64,000 nt of DNA from Acidobacteriota bacterium (GTDB lineage: Bacteria; Acidobacteriota; Terriglobia; Terriglobales; Acidobacteriaceae), in NCBI GenBank assembly GCA_021793405.1, contig JAJYSV010000016.1, positions 5,184-69,183 on the forward strand, read 5' to 3'. Position numbers and translations under genes: made by a program. The notes beneath the pieces were generated by a model. The model was given only the letters and a program-made list of their open reading frames with translations, did not search any database and was not told where the DNA came from. Of this stretch, positions 18,330 through 28,154 are shown in pieces (within the stretch, counting starts at the first letter, position 1; every line of letters begins with the position of its first letter).

Positions 18330-19663
18330 ATGCGCCGCTTGCATCGCTGGAGCAATCGGCGAATGCGACGCGGGTTGCGATGGAGCGGCACAGCCAGCGG
18401 TTGGTGACCGCCTTCATCGCAAGCGGCATGCTGTTCATGCTGCTGCCCGGAACATTTCTGGGCGTGTGGAACCTGATTGGCATTTCTCAGCAACACACGC
18501 TCAGCAGTTTGTCCGCGGCATGGTTGCAGGCGCACGGTCAGGCACAAATCTACGGTTGGGTTGGTTCATTCATTCTAGGCATTGGCTTTTACTCCCTGAC
18601 CAAGATGCAGAGTACGCTGAGCTTTCCGGTCCGCGCGGGATGGACTTCGTGGGGTCTGTGGACGCTGGGGATCGCGCTGCGCTGGACCGGCGGTGTAACT
18701 GGCTGGCATTGGAGAATTCTGTTGCCGCTTTCCGGCGCGCTGCTGCTGATCGCCTGCCTGCTGTTCTACCGTGCTGTCCGGCGCCATCGACCTGCGGACC
18801 CGGCGCGTCGCATGGAAGCCTGGATGGCAATTGTGATTGCGGCAACCGTAGCGTTTCTGGTCGCGGTGGCAGCGAATTGCGCTGCTTTGATGTACCTCGC
18901 TTTCTATGGAAATTCGCCAGCGCTGCCGCATGGCTTCGATCTGCAGCTGGTCGTGCTCGCAGTCTGGGGTGTGCTGGTGCCAACCATTTGGGGCTTTAAT
19001 GCGCGCTGGCTGCCCGTGTTTGCCGGATTTCAGAAGCCCGATGGCATTCGTCTGCTGGTGGCCTACGGCCTCAGCGTTGCCGGCGTGGTTGCGGTCTTCC
19101 TGCAGTGGCTGCCTATAGCTGCCGTCCTATTTTTGTTGGCAGCTTTATTGGCGATCGATGCGCTACATGTGTGGCGGCCAGCCGTCCAGCCAGCCAAGCT
19201 CTTGCATGTCCACAAAACATTTCCACTTTTCATCCGCGTTGCGTATGTCTGGCTGGTGGTGTCGTGCGTGCTGGATGCCATCGCCATCCGCTACGACCAT
19301 GCCGGAGGCATCTGGGGAGCCAGCCGTCACGCGCTGACAGTCGGCTTTGTTGCTGGCATGGTCTTCGTCATCGGACAACGAGTTTTACCCGCCTTCTGCG
19401 GCATGCGCGTGCTGTGGAGTACTCGGCTCATGTTCTGGTCGCTGCTGCTGTTGCATATCGGATGTTTCCTGCGCGTGACATTGGAGCCGTTGGCGTATGA
19501 GAACTATTGGAATTTTGCCTGGAAATTGCTGCCGTACTCTGCATTCGTGGAGTTGACCGCGGTTGTCCTGTTCGCAGTCAACATGGCGGCAACGTTGTTG
19601 CATCCACCCGCCCATCTTCGCCCCGAAATTCATTCTCCACTGCCTACACGAGGTGCCGCTTGA
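18326..19663 (+). CDS. nnrS: NnrS-family membrane protein
   Basis: Polytopic membrane protein in NO-response context. GTG 18326 overlaps the ytfE stop (GTGA 18326-18329). The track ORF starts inside ytfE. Confidence 0.75.
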   Translation: MNAPLASLEQSANATRVAMERHSQRLVTAFIASGMLFMLLPGTFLGVWNLIGISQQHTLSSLSAAWLQAHGQAQIYGWVGSFILGIGFYSLTKMQSTLSFPVRAGWTSWGLWTLGIALRWTGGVTGWHWRILLPLSGALLLIACLLFYRAVRRHRPADPARRMEAWMAIVIAATVAFLVAVAANCAALMYLAFYGNSPALPHGFDLQLVVLAVWGVLVPTIWGFNARWLPVFAGFQKPDGIRLLVAYGLSVAGVVAVFLQWLPIAAVLFLLAALLAIDALHVWRPAVQPAKLLHVHKTFPLFIRVAYVWLVVSCVLDAIAIRYDHAGGIWGASRHALTVGFVAGMVFVIGQRVLPAFCGMRVLWSTRLMFWSLLLLHIGCFLRVTLEPLAYENYWNFAWKLLPYSAFVELTAVVLFAVNMAATLLHPPAHLRPEIHSPLPTRGAA

Positions 19664-21951
19664 AATCCTATAAACGTCTCTGGATTGCGCTGTCCATTGT
19701 TGTCATCGGTTCTTTCATCATCCTTGGCGCCGTGGGGCACCACATTATCAGCCATGCGCCGCCGATTCCCAACCAGGTGGTCACCACCGACGGAAAGGTG
19801 TTGTTTACCGGGACCGAGATCACCGATGGCCAGGGAGTCTGGCAGTCGATCGGCGGCCAGGAGATTGGCACCGTCTGGGGTCATGGCGCGTATGTCGCGC
19901 CAGACTGGACTGCCGACTGGCTGCATCGCGAATCCATGTTCACGCTGGACACTTGGGCGCGCCAGCAGGGGGCGGCCTCCTATGCGGCGCTTCCCGATGA
20001 GCAAAAGGCCGCACTTGATGCCCGGCTGCGCGATTCGCTACGACGCAATACGTACGATCCAGCGACCGGCAACATCGTTATGCTGCCGGTCCGGGCGGCC
20101 GCTTTCGATTCGCTGGAAAAGTATTACGCGAATATCTTTGGAAACGGTCGCGACAATTACGCCATTCCACGCGGGACGCTGAGCGATCCAGTGAAACAGC
20201 GGCAAATGGCGGCTTTCTTCTGGTGGACTTCCTGGGCCGCGACTACGGACCGCCCAGGCGAGGACGTGACCTACACCAACAACTGGCCGCATGAGCCATT
20301 GGTGGGCAATCAGCCGACGCCGGGAGCCATTGTGTGGAGCATTTTGAGCTTCGTTTTTCTGCTGGCCGCTGTGGGTGCGATGGTCTGGTATTTTGCAGCT
20401 CGTGAGGTGGATCCGATCCGTGAGCTGCCACCGTCGCACGATCCGCTTCTCGGTCTGCATCCAACCCCGTCGCAACGCGCCACCATGAAGTATTTTTTTG
20501 TGGCGGCGGCCATGGCATTGGTGCAGATTGCGTGCGGCATCATCACGGCGCATTACGGCGTCGAAGGATCGAAATTCTACGGTATCCCGCTGGCGCGATG
20601 GTTCCCCTACGCAGTCTCGCGCACCTGGCATCTGCAACTGGGAATTTTCTGGATTGCGACTTCCTGGCTGGCAACGGGGCTGTATGTTGCTCCCGCAGTC
20701 AGCGGACATGAACCCAAAGGGCAGCGACTGGGCGTCAATCTGCTGTTTGGCGCGCTGGTGCTGGTCGTCGCCGGTTCGCTGGTGGGGGAATGGATGGGGA
20801 TCGAGCAGAAGCTGGGCAACCTGTGGTTCTGGTTCGGCAGCCAGGGGTATGAGTATGTCGATCTCGGCAGGTTTTGGCAGATTTTGCTCTTTGTTGGTCT
20901 TGTCTTCTGGCTGTGGCTTATGTGGCGAGCATTGCGGCCAGCGTTGGCTGTGCCGTCCGAAGGCCGACATCTGCTGGTGCTGTTTCTCATCAGTAGTATC
21001 GCCATTCCGCTTTTCTATGGCGCTGGGCTGATGTACGGACAACGCAGCAACCTGGTTACTGCGGAGTATTGGCGCTGGTGGGTGGTGCATCTGTGGGTGG
21101 AAGGGTTCTTTGAGGTCTTCGCCACAGTGGTGATTGCGTTCCTGTTCACCCGGCTGAATTTGTTGAGAGTGCAAACGGCGACGCGAGCGGTACTGTTCTC
21201 GACGATCATATTTTTGTCCGGTGGGATCGTTGGCACCTTCCATCATTTGTACTTCAGCGGGACAGGAGCAGCGGTCATCGCGCTAGGCTCGGTCTTCAGC
21301 GCGCTTGAAGTAGTGCCTCTGGTGCTGATTGGCTTTGAGGCATGGGACAACATTCGCCTCGGGCAGCAACGCTCGACGGCTGTGTGGATCGCTGCCTACA
21401 AATGGCCCATCTGGTTCTTTGTTGCGGTTGCCTTCTGGAACTTCGTTGGAGCGGGACTGTTTGGGTTCCTCATCAATCCGCCGGTCGCGCTCTATTACAT
21501 GCAAGGGTTGAACACGACCGCAGTGCACGGTCACACCGCATTGTTTGGCGTCTACGGCATGCTGGGGCTCGGGTTGATGTTGTTTTGCCTGCGTGCTCTG
21601 CGCCCGGGCAGAGCATGGAAGGACCGACCGCTGGCGATCTCTTTCTGGTCAATCAACATTGGCCTTTCCTTGATGGTGCTGCTGAGCCTGCTGCCCATTG
21701 GCATTCTGCAGGCGTGGGCCTCGGTGCAATACGGAACATGGTATGCACGCTCGTCGGAATTTCTGCAGACGGGAATGATGAACGATCTGCGCTGGATGCG
21801 GATTCCCGGCGATACGCTGTTCGCCTTCGGGATGGTCGTATTCTGCTGGTTTCTTCTCGGGCTGGTGACGGGCCATTCCTTTGCGGACAAAGGATTTGTG
21901 GAGGAAGGGAGTTGGGAGGTCACATCCGAGAAGGCTACCGCGGGCAAATAG
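19660..21951 (+). CDS. norZ: quinol-dependent nitric oxide reductase (qNor, single-subunit)
   Basis: About 763 aa, a heme-copper-oxidase-like NorB core with the N-terminal extension typical of qNor. No in-frame ATG lies near the conserved N-terminus (KSYKRLWIALSIVVIGSF). TTG 19660 overlaps the nnrS stop (TTGA 19660-19663). Confidence 0.9.
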   Translation: MKSYKRLWIALSIVVIGSFIILGAVGHHIISHAPPIPNQVVTTDGKVLFTGTEITDGQGVWQSIGGQEIGTVWGHGAYVAPDWTADWLHRESMFTLDTWARQQGAASYAALPDEQKAALDARLRDSLRRNTYDPATGNIVMLPVRAAAFDSLEKYYANIFGNGRDNYAIPRGTLSDPVKQRQMAAFFWWTSWAATTDRPGEDVTYTNNWPHEPLVGNQPTPGAIVWSILSFVFLLAAVGAMVWYFAAREVDPIRELPPSHDPLLGLHPTPSQRATMKYFFVAAAMALVQIACGIITAHYGVEGSKFYGIPLARWFPYAVSRTWHLQLGIFWIATSWLATGLYVAPAVSGHEPKGQRLGVNLLFGALVLVVAGSLVGEWMGIEQKLGNLWFWFGSQGYEYVDLGRFWQILLFVGLVFWLWLMWRALRPALAVPSEGRHLLVLFLISSIAIPLFYGAGLMYGQRSNLVTAEYWRWWVVHLWVEGFFEVFATVVIAFLFTRLNLLRVQTATRAVLFSTIIFLSGGIVGTFHHLYFSGTGAAVIALGSVFSALEVVPLVLIGFEAWDNIRLGQQRSTAVWIAAYKWPIWFFVAVAFWNFVGAGLFGFLINPPVALYYMQGLNTTAVHGHTALFGVYGMLGLGLMLFCLRALRPGRAWKDRPLAISFWSINIGLSLMVLLSLLPIGILQAWASVQYGTWYARSSEFLQTGMMNDLRWMRIPGDTLFAFGMVVFCWFLLGLVTGHSFADKGFVEEGSWEVTSEKATAGK

Positions 21952-22019
21952 AAGAGGACCGTTCTTAAAGAAGGCAAAAACGGGTATGCTTTCCGTATCA
22001 AGGATTCGGGAGGGATACC

Positions 22020-22991
22020 ATGAACATCGCCGCAAACGTGACGGAACTGATTGGACGTACACCGCTGGTGCAGTTGAATCGCGTAACGGAAGGGTGTCAG
22101 GCCAGGGTGGTTGCCAAGCTCGAAAGCTCCAACCCGTTGAGCAGCGTCAAAGATCGTATCGGGCTGGCGATGATTGAAGCGGCGGAACGTGAAGGCAAGA
22201 TCGCGCCGGGCAAGACGGTGCTGATTGAGCCAACCAGCGGCAACACCGGCATTGCGCTCGCATTCGTAGCTGCGGTAAAGGGTTACAGCATCATTCTCAC
22301 AATGCCGGAAACGATGAGCCTCGAACGTAGAATTCTTCTGCTGGCGCTGGGAGCGCAGATTGTGCTGACGCCTGGGCCCAACGGCGTGAAGGGATCGATC
22401 GCCAAGGCGGAAGAATTGCTGCGCGAGACGCCCAACAGCTATATGCTGCAGCAGTTCAACAATCCCGCCAATCCGAAGGTCCACTTCGACACTACTGGGC
22501 CGGAGATCTGGAACGATACCGACGGCAAAGCGGACATTCTTGTCTCGGGCATTGGCACCGGCGGCACGCTGACCGGAGTGAGCGAGTATATCAAGGCCAG
22601 AAAGCCCGGCTTTTGGTCGGTTGCGGTGGAACCCGCGGACAGTGCCGTGCTCTCCGGCGGCAAACCAGGGCCGCACAAAATCCAGGGGCTCGGTGCCGGC
22701 TTTGTACCTAAGATACTGAAGACGGAGTTGATTGACGAGATCATTACAGTGACGAACGACGACGCCATCGCCATGGCGCGACGGCTGCCGAAAGAGGAAG
22801 GCCTGCTGGTTGGCATCTCATCCGGAGCGGCCGTCCATGCTGCGCTGCAACTGGCGCGCAATCCGAAACACGCCGGCAAGCTGATCGTCGTCATCATTCC
22901 CAGTGCGGGTGAGAGGTATCTCTCCACAGTCTTGTTCGACGAATTCCGAAAAGAGGCCCTGGAGACGAAAACGTCCGCCGTGACAGTATGA
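22020..22991 (+). CDS. cysK: cysteine synthase A (O-acetylserine sulfhydrylase)
   Basis: 323 aa, PLP-enzyme motifs ([30 protein letters not shown]). Confidence 0.9.
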   Translation: MNIAANVTELIGRTPLVQLNRVTEGCQARVVAKLESSNPLSSVKDRIGLAMIEAAEREGKIAPGKTVLIEPTSGNTGIALAFVAAVKGYSIILTMPETMSLERRILLLALGAQIVLTPGPNGVKGSIAKAEELLRETPNSYMLQQFNNPANPKVHFDTTGPEIWNDTDGKADILVSGIGTGGTLTGVSEYIKARKPGFWSVAVEPADSAVLSGGKPGPHKIQGLGAGFVPKILKTELIDEIITVTNDDAIAMARRLPKEEGLLVGISSGAAVHAALQLARNPKHAGKLIVVIIPSAGERYLSTVLFDEFRKEALETKTSAVTV

Positions 22992-23749
22992 ATCTGGTTC
23001 GACTGATTCGCGAAGACATACGATGCGTGTTCGAACGGGACCCCGCGGCTACATCGAAGGCAATGGTGCTGCTCTGCTATCCAGGCCTGCACGCGGTGTG
23101 GGTCCATCGCATTCACCATTGGCTTTGGTGCAAAAAGTTCAAGCTGCTGGCACGCGTGCTGTCGCAGATCACGCGCTTTTGGACCGGTATTGAAATCCAT
23201 CCAGCGGCGCGCATCGGACGGCGGTTGTTCATCGACCACGGAATGGGAGTCGTCATCGGGCAGACCGCAATCATTGGGGACGACGTGACACTCTATCAGG
23301 GCGTGACCCTCGGAGGTACGGGAAAAGGCGAAGGCAAACGCCACCCCACCCTGTGCGACGGCGTCTTTGTCGGCAACAATGCCAACATCCTGGGCAATAT
23401 CACCATCGGAGAACATTCGCGTGTTGGCGCTGGGTCCGTGGTTCTGCGCGATGTGCCTCCGGACTCGACCGTCGTCGGTGTTCCGGCGCACATCGTGTAT
23501 CAGGGCGGCAAGCGCGTGCTCATTACCGATCCGCGTGACGTGAGCGACCCGCTCTCCGATGTGATTATCGCTCTGTGCGACGAAGTGAAGCGGCTGAAGG
23601 CCCGCGTCGAACGGCTGGATGGCGAATTGCAACAGGCCATGCCGGAGGAGCCGCAGAGCGCGCTTGCGGTGGAGGAAGAAGAACGCGCCACCTATCGAAG
23701 CCAGCTCTACTCAAGATCCGATTACGTAAACATGGGCGAAGGAATCTGA
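22988..23749 (+). CDS. cysE: serine O-acetyltransferase
   Basis: Hexapeptide-repeat region ([41 protein letters not shown]). ATGA overlap with cysK. Confidence 0.9.
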   Translation: MNLVRLIREDIRCVFERDPAATSKAMVLLCYPGLHAVWVHRIHHWLWCKKFKLLARVLSQITRFWTGIEIHPAARIGRRLFIDHGMGVVIGQTAIIGDDVTLYQGVTLGGTGKGEGKRHPTLCDGVFVGNNANILGNITIGEHSRVGAGSVVLRDVPPDSTVVGVPAHIVYQGGKRVLITDPRDVSDPLSDVIIALCDEVKRLKARVERLDGELQQAMPEEPQSALAVEEEERATYRSQLYSRSDYVNMGEGI

Positions 23750-23795
23750 TCTGCGCCCGCGCTCGTCCTGGTTTGCGGGGCCATCGAACCCTACC

Positions 23796-24920
23796 TTACA
23801 TTCCCGGATGTGAGACCTCATTTGCATGTGGCACCAGTTCCAGATAGACCGAGCGCGGCAGGTTCGTGTTCCAATGCCCGGTAGTCTTGGCATAGCCAAC
23901 GAATCCGAAGAACAGGCAAGCCAGAATGATGGCTACTGTTACGGGGGTCAGAACAAGATTGCGCCACCGTTCTTTTGCCTCAACCGCACCGCGCGGCGGC
24001 AAAGAAAACTGCAAGGCATTCTGCGCCGGGCACGCGGCAACACATTCCATGCAGGCCGCGCATTCGACCGAGCGGACCTGCACCAGCCGATCCACCGGCA
24101 GGTTTGCGGAGCAGACGCGAGCGCATTTTCCGCAATCGATACACACAGTCGCATCGCGGCGAATCTTTGCCGGGCTCAGCAGCGAAACCAGTCCCATCAA
24201 CGCGCCGTACGGGCAAAGATAACGGCACCAGAAATTCCGCACCAGGATCGAAAGTAAAATCAACACGGCGACTACCATGGCCCCGGTTGCCCCCAGACCA
24301 CCAAAGAAGTCCAGCATTTTGACGTCCGCGATCAAACCATAGGGCGAATGCAGAAAGTCCGTCAGTGCCGCGGCCGACATAGTCCCGATGACCGCGACGA
24401 AGAACGCCAGCAAAACATACTTCAGGCTACGCAACGGAATGTCCAGCCAGACCGGCAATTGCAGATTTCTGCCAAGAATCTTCCGGCCCGCTTTCCATAA
24501 CATCTCCGATAGAGTGCCGATGGGACATAGCCAGGAGCAGAACGCCTTCTTCAGCAGAAGACTGGACAGCAGGAATACGGCGAATAAAAACATGGCAGCA
24601 GGATGGATCTGCGGCAGCCTTCGCGCAACCAGCAGGTATTTGAAGTTCATCATCCCTGCAATCGGCAACCAGCCCTCGACTCCGGCGGGACGGTTTACGT
24701 AGAGGGACTGGCCGCCGGTCTGGTAGTAGCGTACCCAGAGAAAGAATTGGATCCCGATCCATAGGTTGAGCAACATAAACGCAGCCTGCACGCCATGACG
24801 AAACCCCTGCGAGCGATCTTGAAAAGGACGCCGAATCAACTTCTTCACGGTTCGGGGGCCAGGAGTGTCACAAGCTCTCCGATCTTCGGCGCGAGTTTGT
24901 GGTTCTGTGCGCATTTTCAT
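23796..24920 (-). CDS. membrane-bound polyferredoxin, NapH/MauN-like (two CxxxCP motifs plus two 4Fe-4S motifs)
   Basis: Several TM segments. Motifs FCSWLCPIG and WCRYLCPYG, then CIDCGKCARVC and CAACMECVAACP. Confidence 0.75.
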   Translation of the reverse strand: MKMRTEPQTRAEDRRACDTPGPRTVKKLIRRPFQDRSQGFRHGVQAAFMLLNLWIGIQFFLWVRYYQTGGQSLYVNRPAGVEGWLPIAGMMNFKYLLVARRLPQIHPAAMFLFAVFLLSSLLLKKAFCSWLCPIGTLSEMLWKAGRKILGRNLQLPVWLDIPLRSLKYVLLAFFVAVIGTMSAAALTDFLHSPYGLIADVKMLDFFGGLGATGAMVVAVLILLSILVRNFWCRYLCPYGALMGLVSLLSPAKIRRDATVCIDCGKCARVCSANLPVDRLVQVRSVECAACMECVAACPAQNALQFSLPPRGAVEAKERWRNLVLTPVTVAIILACLFFGFVGYAKTTGHWNTNLPRSVYLELVPHANEVSHPGM

Positions 24921-24956
24921 CCAGACCTACTGTACGAGGGAAGGCATGCACACAGC

Positions 24957-24972
24957 AGTGACTTATATCACG
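24957..24972. promoter_or_regulatory. Crp/Fnr-type palindrome GTGA-N6-TCAC upstream of the polyferredoxin gene
   Basis: AGTGACTTATATCACG. Site centre is 44 nt upstream of ATG 24920. Confidence 0.5.
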
Positions 24973-25039
24973 AGTTTTTTCGAACGATGCACGCTAGCGT
25001 AATCAATCGGCAAGATCCATCCGGAGCGGTATAGATTTC

Positions 25040-25996
25040 CTATCGCCCACCATCGAGCATCCGGGAGACTTCAGCAAACGTCGGCATCGAAGGCTGCGCG
25101 CCCGCTCGGGTGACGGAAACGGACGCGGCAGCCACAGCGAACCTGGCACTTTCCAGCGCAGATTTTCCCAGCATCAGCCCGACCGCAAACGCGCCATTCA
25201 GCGCATCGCCGGCCGCGGTGGTATCCACGGCTTCGACTGGCATTGCGTGCAAGAGCTGCTCGACCCCGTCGGCGGCCAGATACGCTCCGCGGGGACCCAG
25301 CTTCAGAATGATGCCTCCAGGACCCTGCGCCAACAAGGAGCGCGCAGTTTCACGCAGAACTCGTGCATCAACACTGCCTTGGCCAAGGTCGTCCGCGACG
25401 CGTCCGACATAAAAATCCGCTTCTGTTTCATTGGGAGTGAGCCAGCGAATGCGCCGCAGCAGGCTCGGGGGAAGCGCCTGCGCTGGAGCGGGATCCAGCA
25501 TCAACGGAACCCTCTCCTGAAAGCACAATTCGGCTAGCCGCTCCACGGACTCGATGGGAATTTCCAGTTGCGCCAGCACCAGGCCGGCGCTCCGAATCAG
25601 AGATCGATGCTGCTCAACATACAGTGGTGACACCGCGGCATTGGCTCCCTGCGTTACCACGATCGAGTTTTCTCCCGTCGCGGCAACGGTGATGGCGGCA
25701 ATACCAGAGGATCCTTCCACCGTCTCGACCCCGGCCATCCCAACCCCGGCACTTTGCAGCTGCGCGCGCAGGCGTTCGCCGAACAGGTCCGATCCCAGTT
25801 TTCCGATCATTTCGACGGGGTAGCTCAGACGAGCGACAGCGACAGCTTGATTGGCGCCCTTTCCTCCCGAATACATCTGGAAGCCGGATCCGAGCAGTGT
25901 TTCTCCCCCCGCCGGTATCCGGGACACTGTGGAGACGAGGTCCATATTCATGCTTCCCACCACAACAATGGGCCGCATTGTCTTCGATCGATTCAT
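25040..25996 (-). CDS. rbsK: ribokinase (PfkB family)
   Basis: PfkB motifs (VVVGSMNMDLV, GGKGANQAVA, DTTAAGDALNGAF). ATG 25996 (MNRSKTMRPIVV) follows AAGGA and lies 21 nt after the upstream stop. The track ORF to 26149 overlaps the permease gene. Confidence 0.85.
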   Translation of the reverse strand: MNRSKTMRPIVVVGSMNMDLVSTVSRIPAGGETLLGSGFQMYSGGKGANQAVAVARLSYPVEMIGKLGSDLFGERLRAQLQSAGVGMAGVETVEGSSGIAAITVAATGENSIVVTQGANAAVSPLYVEQHRSLIRSAGLVLAQLEIPIESVERLAELCFQERVPLMLDPAPAQALPPSLLRRIRWLTPNETEADFYVGRVADDLGQGSVDARVLRETARSLLAQGPGGIILKLGPRGAYLAADGVEQLLHAMPVEAVDTTAAGDALNGAFAVGLMLGKSALESARFAVAAASVSVTRAGAQPSMPTFAEVSRMLDGGR

Positions 25997-26016
25997 TGCT
26001 ACGTTGTCCTTTGCCG

Positions 26017-27015
26017 TCAATGAGCGCGAAAAATGGGAGCAAACGCAACCGCAGACAGCCCCAGAAGAAAAAGAACGAACATCAGGCCCAGCAATTTGCG
26101 CGAACGCGGTGGCGCGCCGGCGAACTCGTGCCATACAAACACACCCCATGCCGCGGAGATCATCGTCGCGCCCTGGCCAATGGAATAAGAAACTGCGGGA
26201 CCAACGATGTGCGCGCGCGAGGCGACAAAGTTAAAGACTGTGCCTGTGCACCAAACGGCTCCGCCCAGCACCCCCCATGCGTGCCAGCGGAACGGGGCGC
26301 TGAAATACTCTGACATCGCGACCGGCGGCTTTCCATCGAGCGGTTTGTGCATCAACAAAGAATTGAAAACAAGCGCACACAGGCCGGTGCCGACCACGAA
26401 ATAAAACGAGGTAGCATACGGTCCAGGCGCATGCGATATATCCATTGCGTGCGCGACCAGAGGATAGAAGCTGCCCATCAAAACGCCTGCCACCAGGCTG
26501 AGGATCAATCCGCGACGGCTCATGGCGCGGTGTCCCCTTTCTCGCATCCCATAGGCCAAGGCGTCGCACACGATGGCGGCAACCACCAGCGCAACCCCGC
26601 CAAACAACAGGACCGGATTCCCATTCGGTGACAATATATAGCTGCTGACTGCGCCCACAACCAGCGCCACGCCGATGCCGACGGGAAATGCCACAGCCAG
26701 CCCGGCGATCTCAATGGCTGCGACCAACAGGAGATTCGCGATATTGAAAATGACTCCAGCCAGGACCGCGCAGACGACACTGACTTCTCCCGCGCCGGTC
26801 ACATCCGCTAGAAATGGTTGTCCCGCTTGTCCAACGGAGCCGAGCGTGAATCCCCACAGCAGCGCCCCGGCGAACAAGCCGATCCCATAGTCCCAATAAA
26901 ATAACTGGAACCTGTAAGTCGGGCATAGTTTTACTGTGTTGGCCCATGATCCCCAGCCGAGCATGCTGATGACCATGAATAGAAGAGCAATCGTGTAGGT
27001 CTCTGGCTGATACAA
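26017..27015 (-). CDS. putative sugar uptake permease, DMT superfamily (RbsU/GlcU/RhaT-like)
   Basis: 332 aa, about 10 TM segments, directly upstream of rbsK in the same operon. Exact family not verified. Confidence 0.55.
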   Translation of the reverse strand: MYQPETYTIALLFMVISMLGWGSWANTVKLCPTYRFQLFYWDYGIGLFAGALLWGFTLGSVGQAGQPFLADVTGAGEVSVVCAVLAGVIFNIANLLLVAAIEIAGLAVAFPVGIGVALVVGAVSSYILSPNGNPVLLFGGVALVVAAIVCDALAYGMRERGHRAMSRRGLILSLVAGVLMGSFYPLVAHAMDISHAPGPYATSFYFVVGTGLCALVFNSLLMHKPLDGKPPVAMSEYFSAPFRWHAWGVLGGAVWCTGTVFNFVASRAHIVGPAVSYSIGQGATMISAAWGVFVWHEFAGAPPRSRKLLGLMFVLFLLGLSAVAFAPIFRAH

Positions 27016-27315
27016 GAGGATTCCTCAAATCTCTTCGGCCGGAATCGTGCCCGGGTTCCGCTTCTTGCGTGGAGCAATTCACGGCACCCGGGTACCTATC
27101 ATCGGTCGTGCGGTGCAGTTCTTCCTGACGGAAGACGCACCGCGGTACTCCATCCTACTGGCTGCATCCACAGTGGAATCGATCTACCACTGCGGCCTGA
27201 GATTCACATAACCTGATAACTGTACGTTCCTGCCGTCCCATCGGCAAGTGACGCATGAACCGCACACTACTCGGTGTATCCTCAACATTGCTTTATTCGA
27301 GATATAAGGATCGAG

Positions 27316-27341
27316 GCTAGCCTATGCTAGGCTATGCTAGG
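27316..27341. repeat. helically phased GCTAG triplet including tandem CTATGCTAGG x2
   Basis: GCTAG at 27316, 27326 and 27336 (10-bp spacing). CTATGCTAGG at 27322-27331 and 27332-27341. Immediately upstream of the FNR-like gene. Confidence 0.4.
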
Positions 27342-27358
27342 TTAGGCAGGTGCAGCCG

Positions 27359-28066
27359 ATGGCGGATGACTGTTCCAACAGGATGGAGAACGAAGGCTGT
27401 CTTACGTGTAAAGACAGGCATGTCGACTGGTTCTGCAACCTGTCTCCGCAGGCCCTGGTGGAATTCGAAGCCCTCGGGATGCATATGATTGTGCCATCGG
27501 GCAGCACGCTCTTTTTTGAGTCGCAAACTGCCCGCAGCGTATACGTGCTATGTTCCGGCCATGTAAAGCTGACCACCTCATCCAAAGATGGAAAGACACT
27601 CCTGGTAAGGATCGCCAAGCCCGGGGATGTGCTGGGCTTGAGCGCTGCCCTCTCGGGCACAGCGTATGAGATTGCCGCGCAAGCCATCGATCCTGTGCAG
27701 GTGAAGTCCTTTCAGCGCCAGGACTTTCTTCACTTCATCGAACATCACATTGAAGGCAGCATGCATGCCACCAAGATGCTCAACAGAGAGTATCGCGATG
27801 CACTGGGCGATGCTACCCGGCTCGCACTTTCCATGTCGATTGCCGGGCGCGTTGCCAGGCTCCTGCTCGAAATGACATCGGATCAACGCGACGCGAAGCC
27901 CCGCATTACCATGGCGCTTACGCATGAAGAGCTCGCCACCATGCTGGGCACCACGCGCGAATCCATCACTCGCGTTCTGAGTGAGTTGAAACGCAAAGAA
28001 ATTATTTCCGTCAAAGGCACCTCTCTGACCATCCTTCGCAAGGCCGCACTGGAATTGCTCGTCTAG
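27359..28066 (+). CDS. Crp/Fnr-family regulator with N-terminal four-Cys cluster (FNR-like O2 sensor candidate)
   Basis: MADDCSNRMENEGCLTCKDRHVDWFC gives C5-x8-C14-x2-C17-x8-C26. HTH is HEELATMLGTTRESITRVLSEL. GTG 27350 is an alternative start. Confidence 0.8.
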   Translation: MADDCSNRMENEGCLTCKDRHVDWFCNLSPQALVEFEALGMHMIVPSGSTLFFESQTARSVYVLCSGHVKLTTSSKDGKTLLVRIAKPGDVLGLSAALSGTAYEIAAQAIDPVQVKSFQRQDFLHFIEHHIEGSMHATKMLNREYRDALGDATRLALSMSIAGRVARLLLEMTSDQRDAKPRITMALTHEELATMLGTTRESITRVLSELKRKEIISVKGTSLTILRKAALELLV

Positions 28067-28095
28067 CCTGGTTCCTACTCCAATCGAGGAACACA

Positions 28096-28111
28096 TGTGA
28101 CAGATGTCACC
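28096..28111. promoter_or_regulatory. Crp/Fnr-type palindrome GTGA-N6-TCAC upstream of cydA
   Basis: TGTGACAGATGTCACC. Site centre is 51 nt upstream of ATG 28155. Confidence 0.6.
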
Positions 28112-28154
28112 GCTGTTCGGCCTGGGCGTTACTATTGTGGTGAAGAGGGGCCGC

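Noticed and set aside
20038-23632. Minus-strand ORFs 20038-21246, 21552-22676 and 22439-23632 (374-402 aa)
   Set aside because: They overlap norZ, cysK and cysE, which have clear family signatures. Their translations are compositionally biased and carry no motifs.
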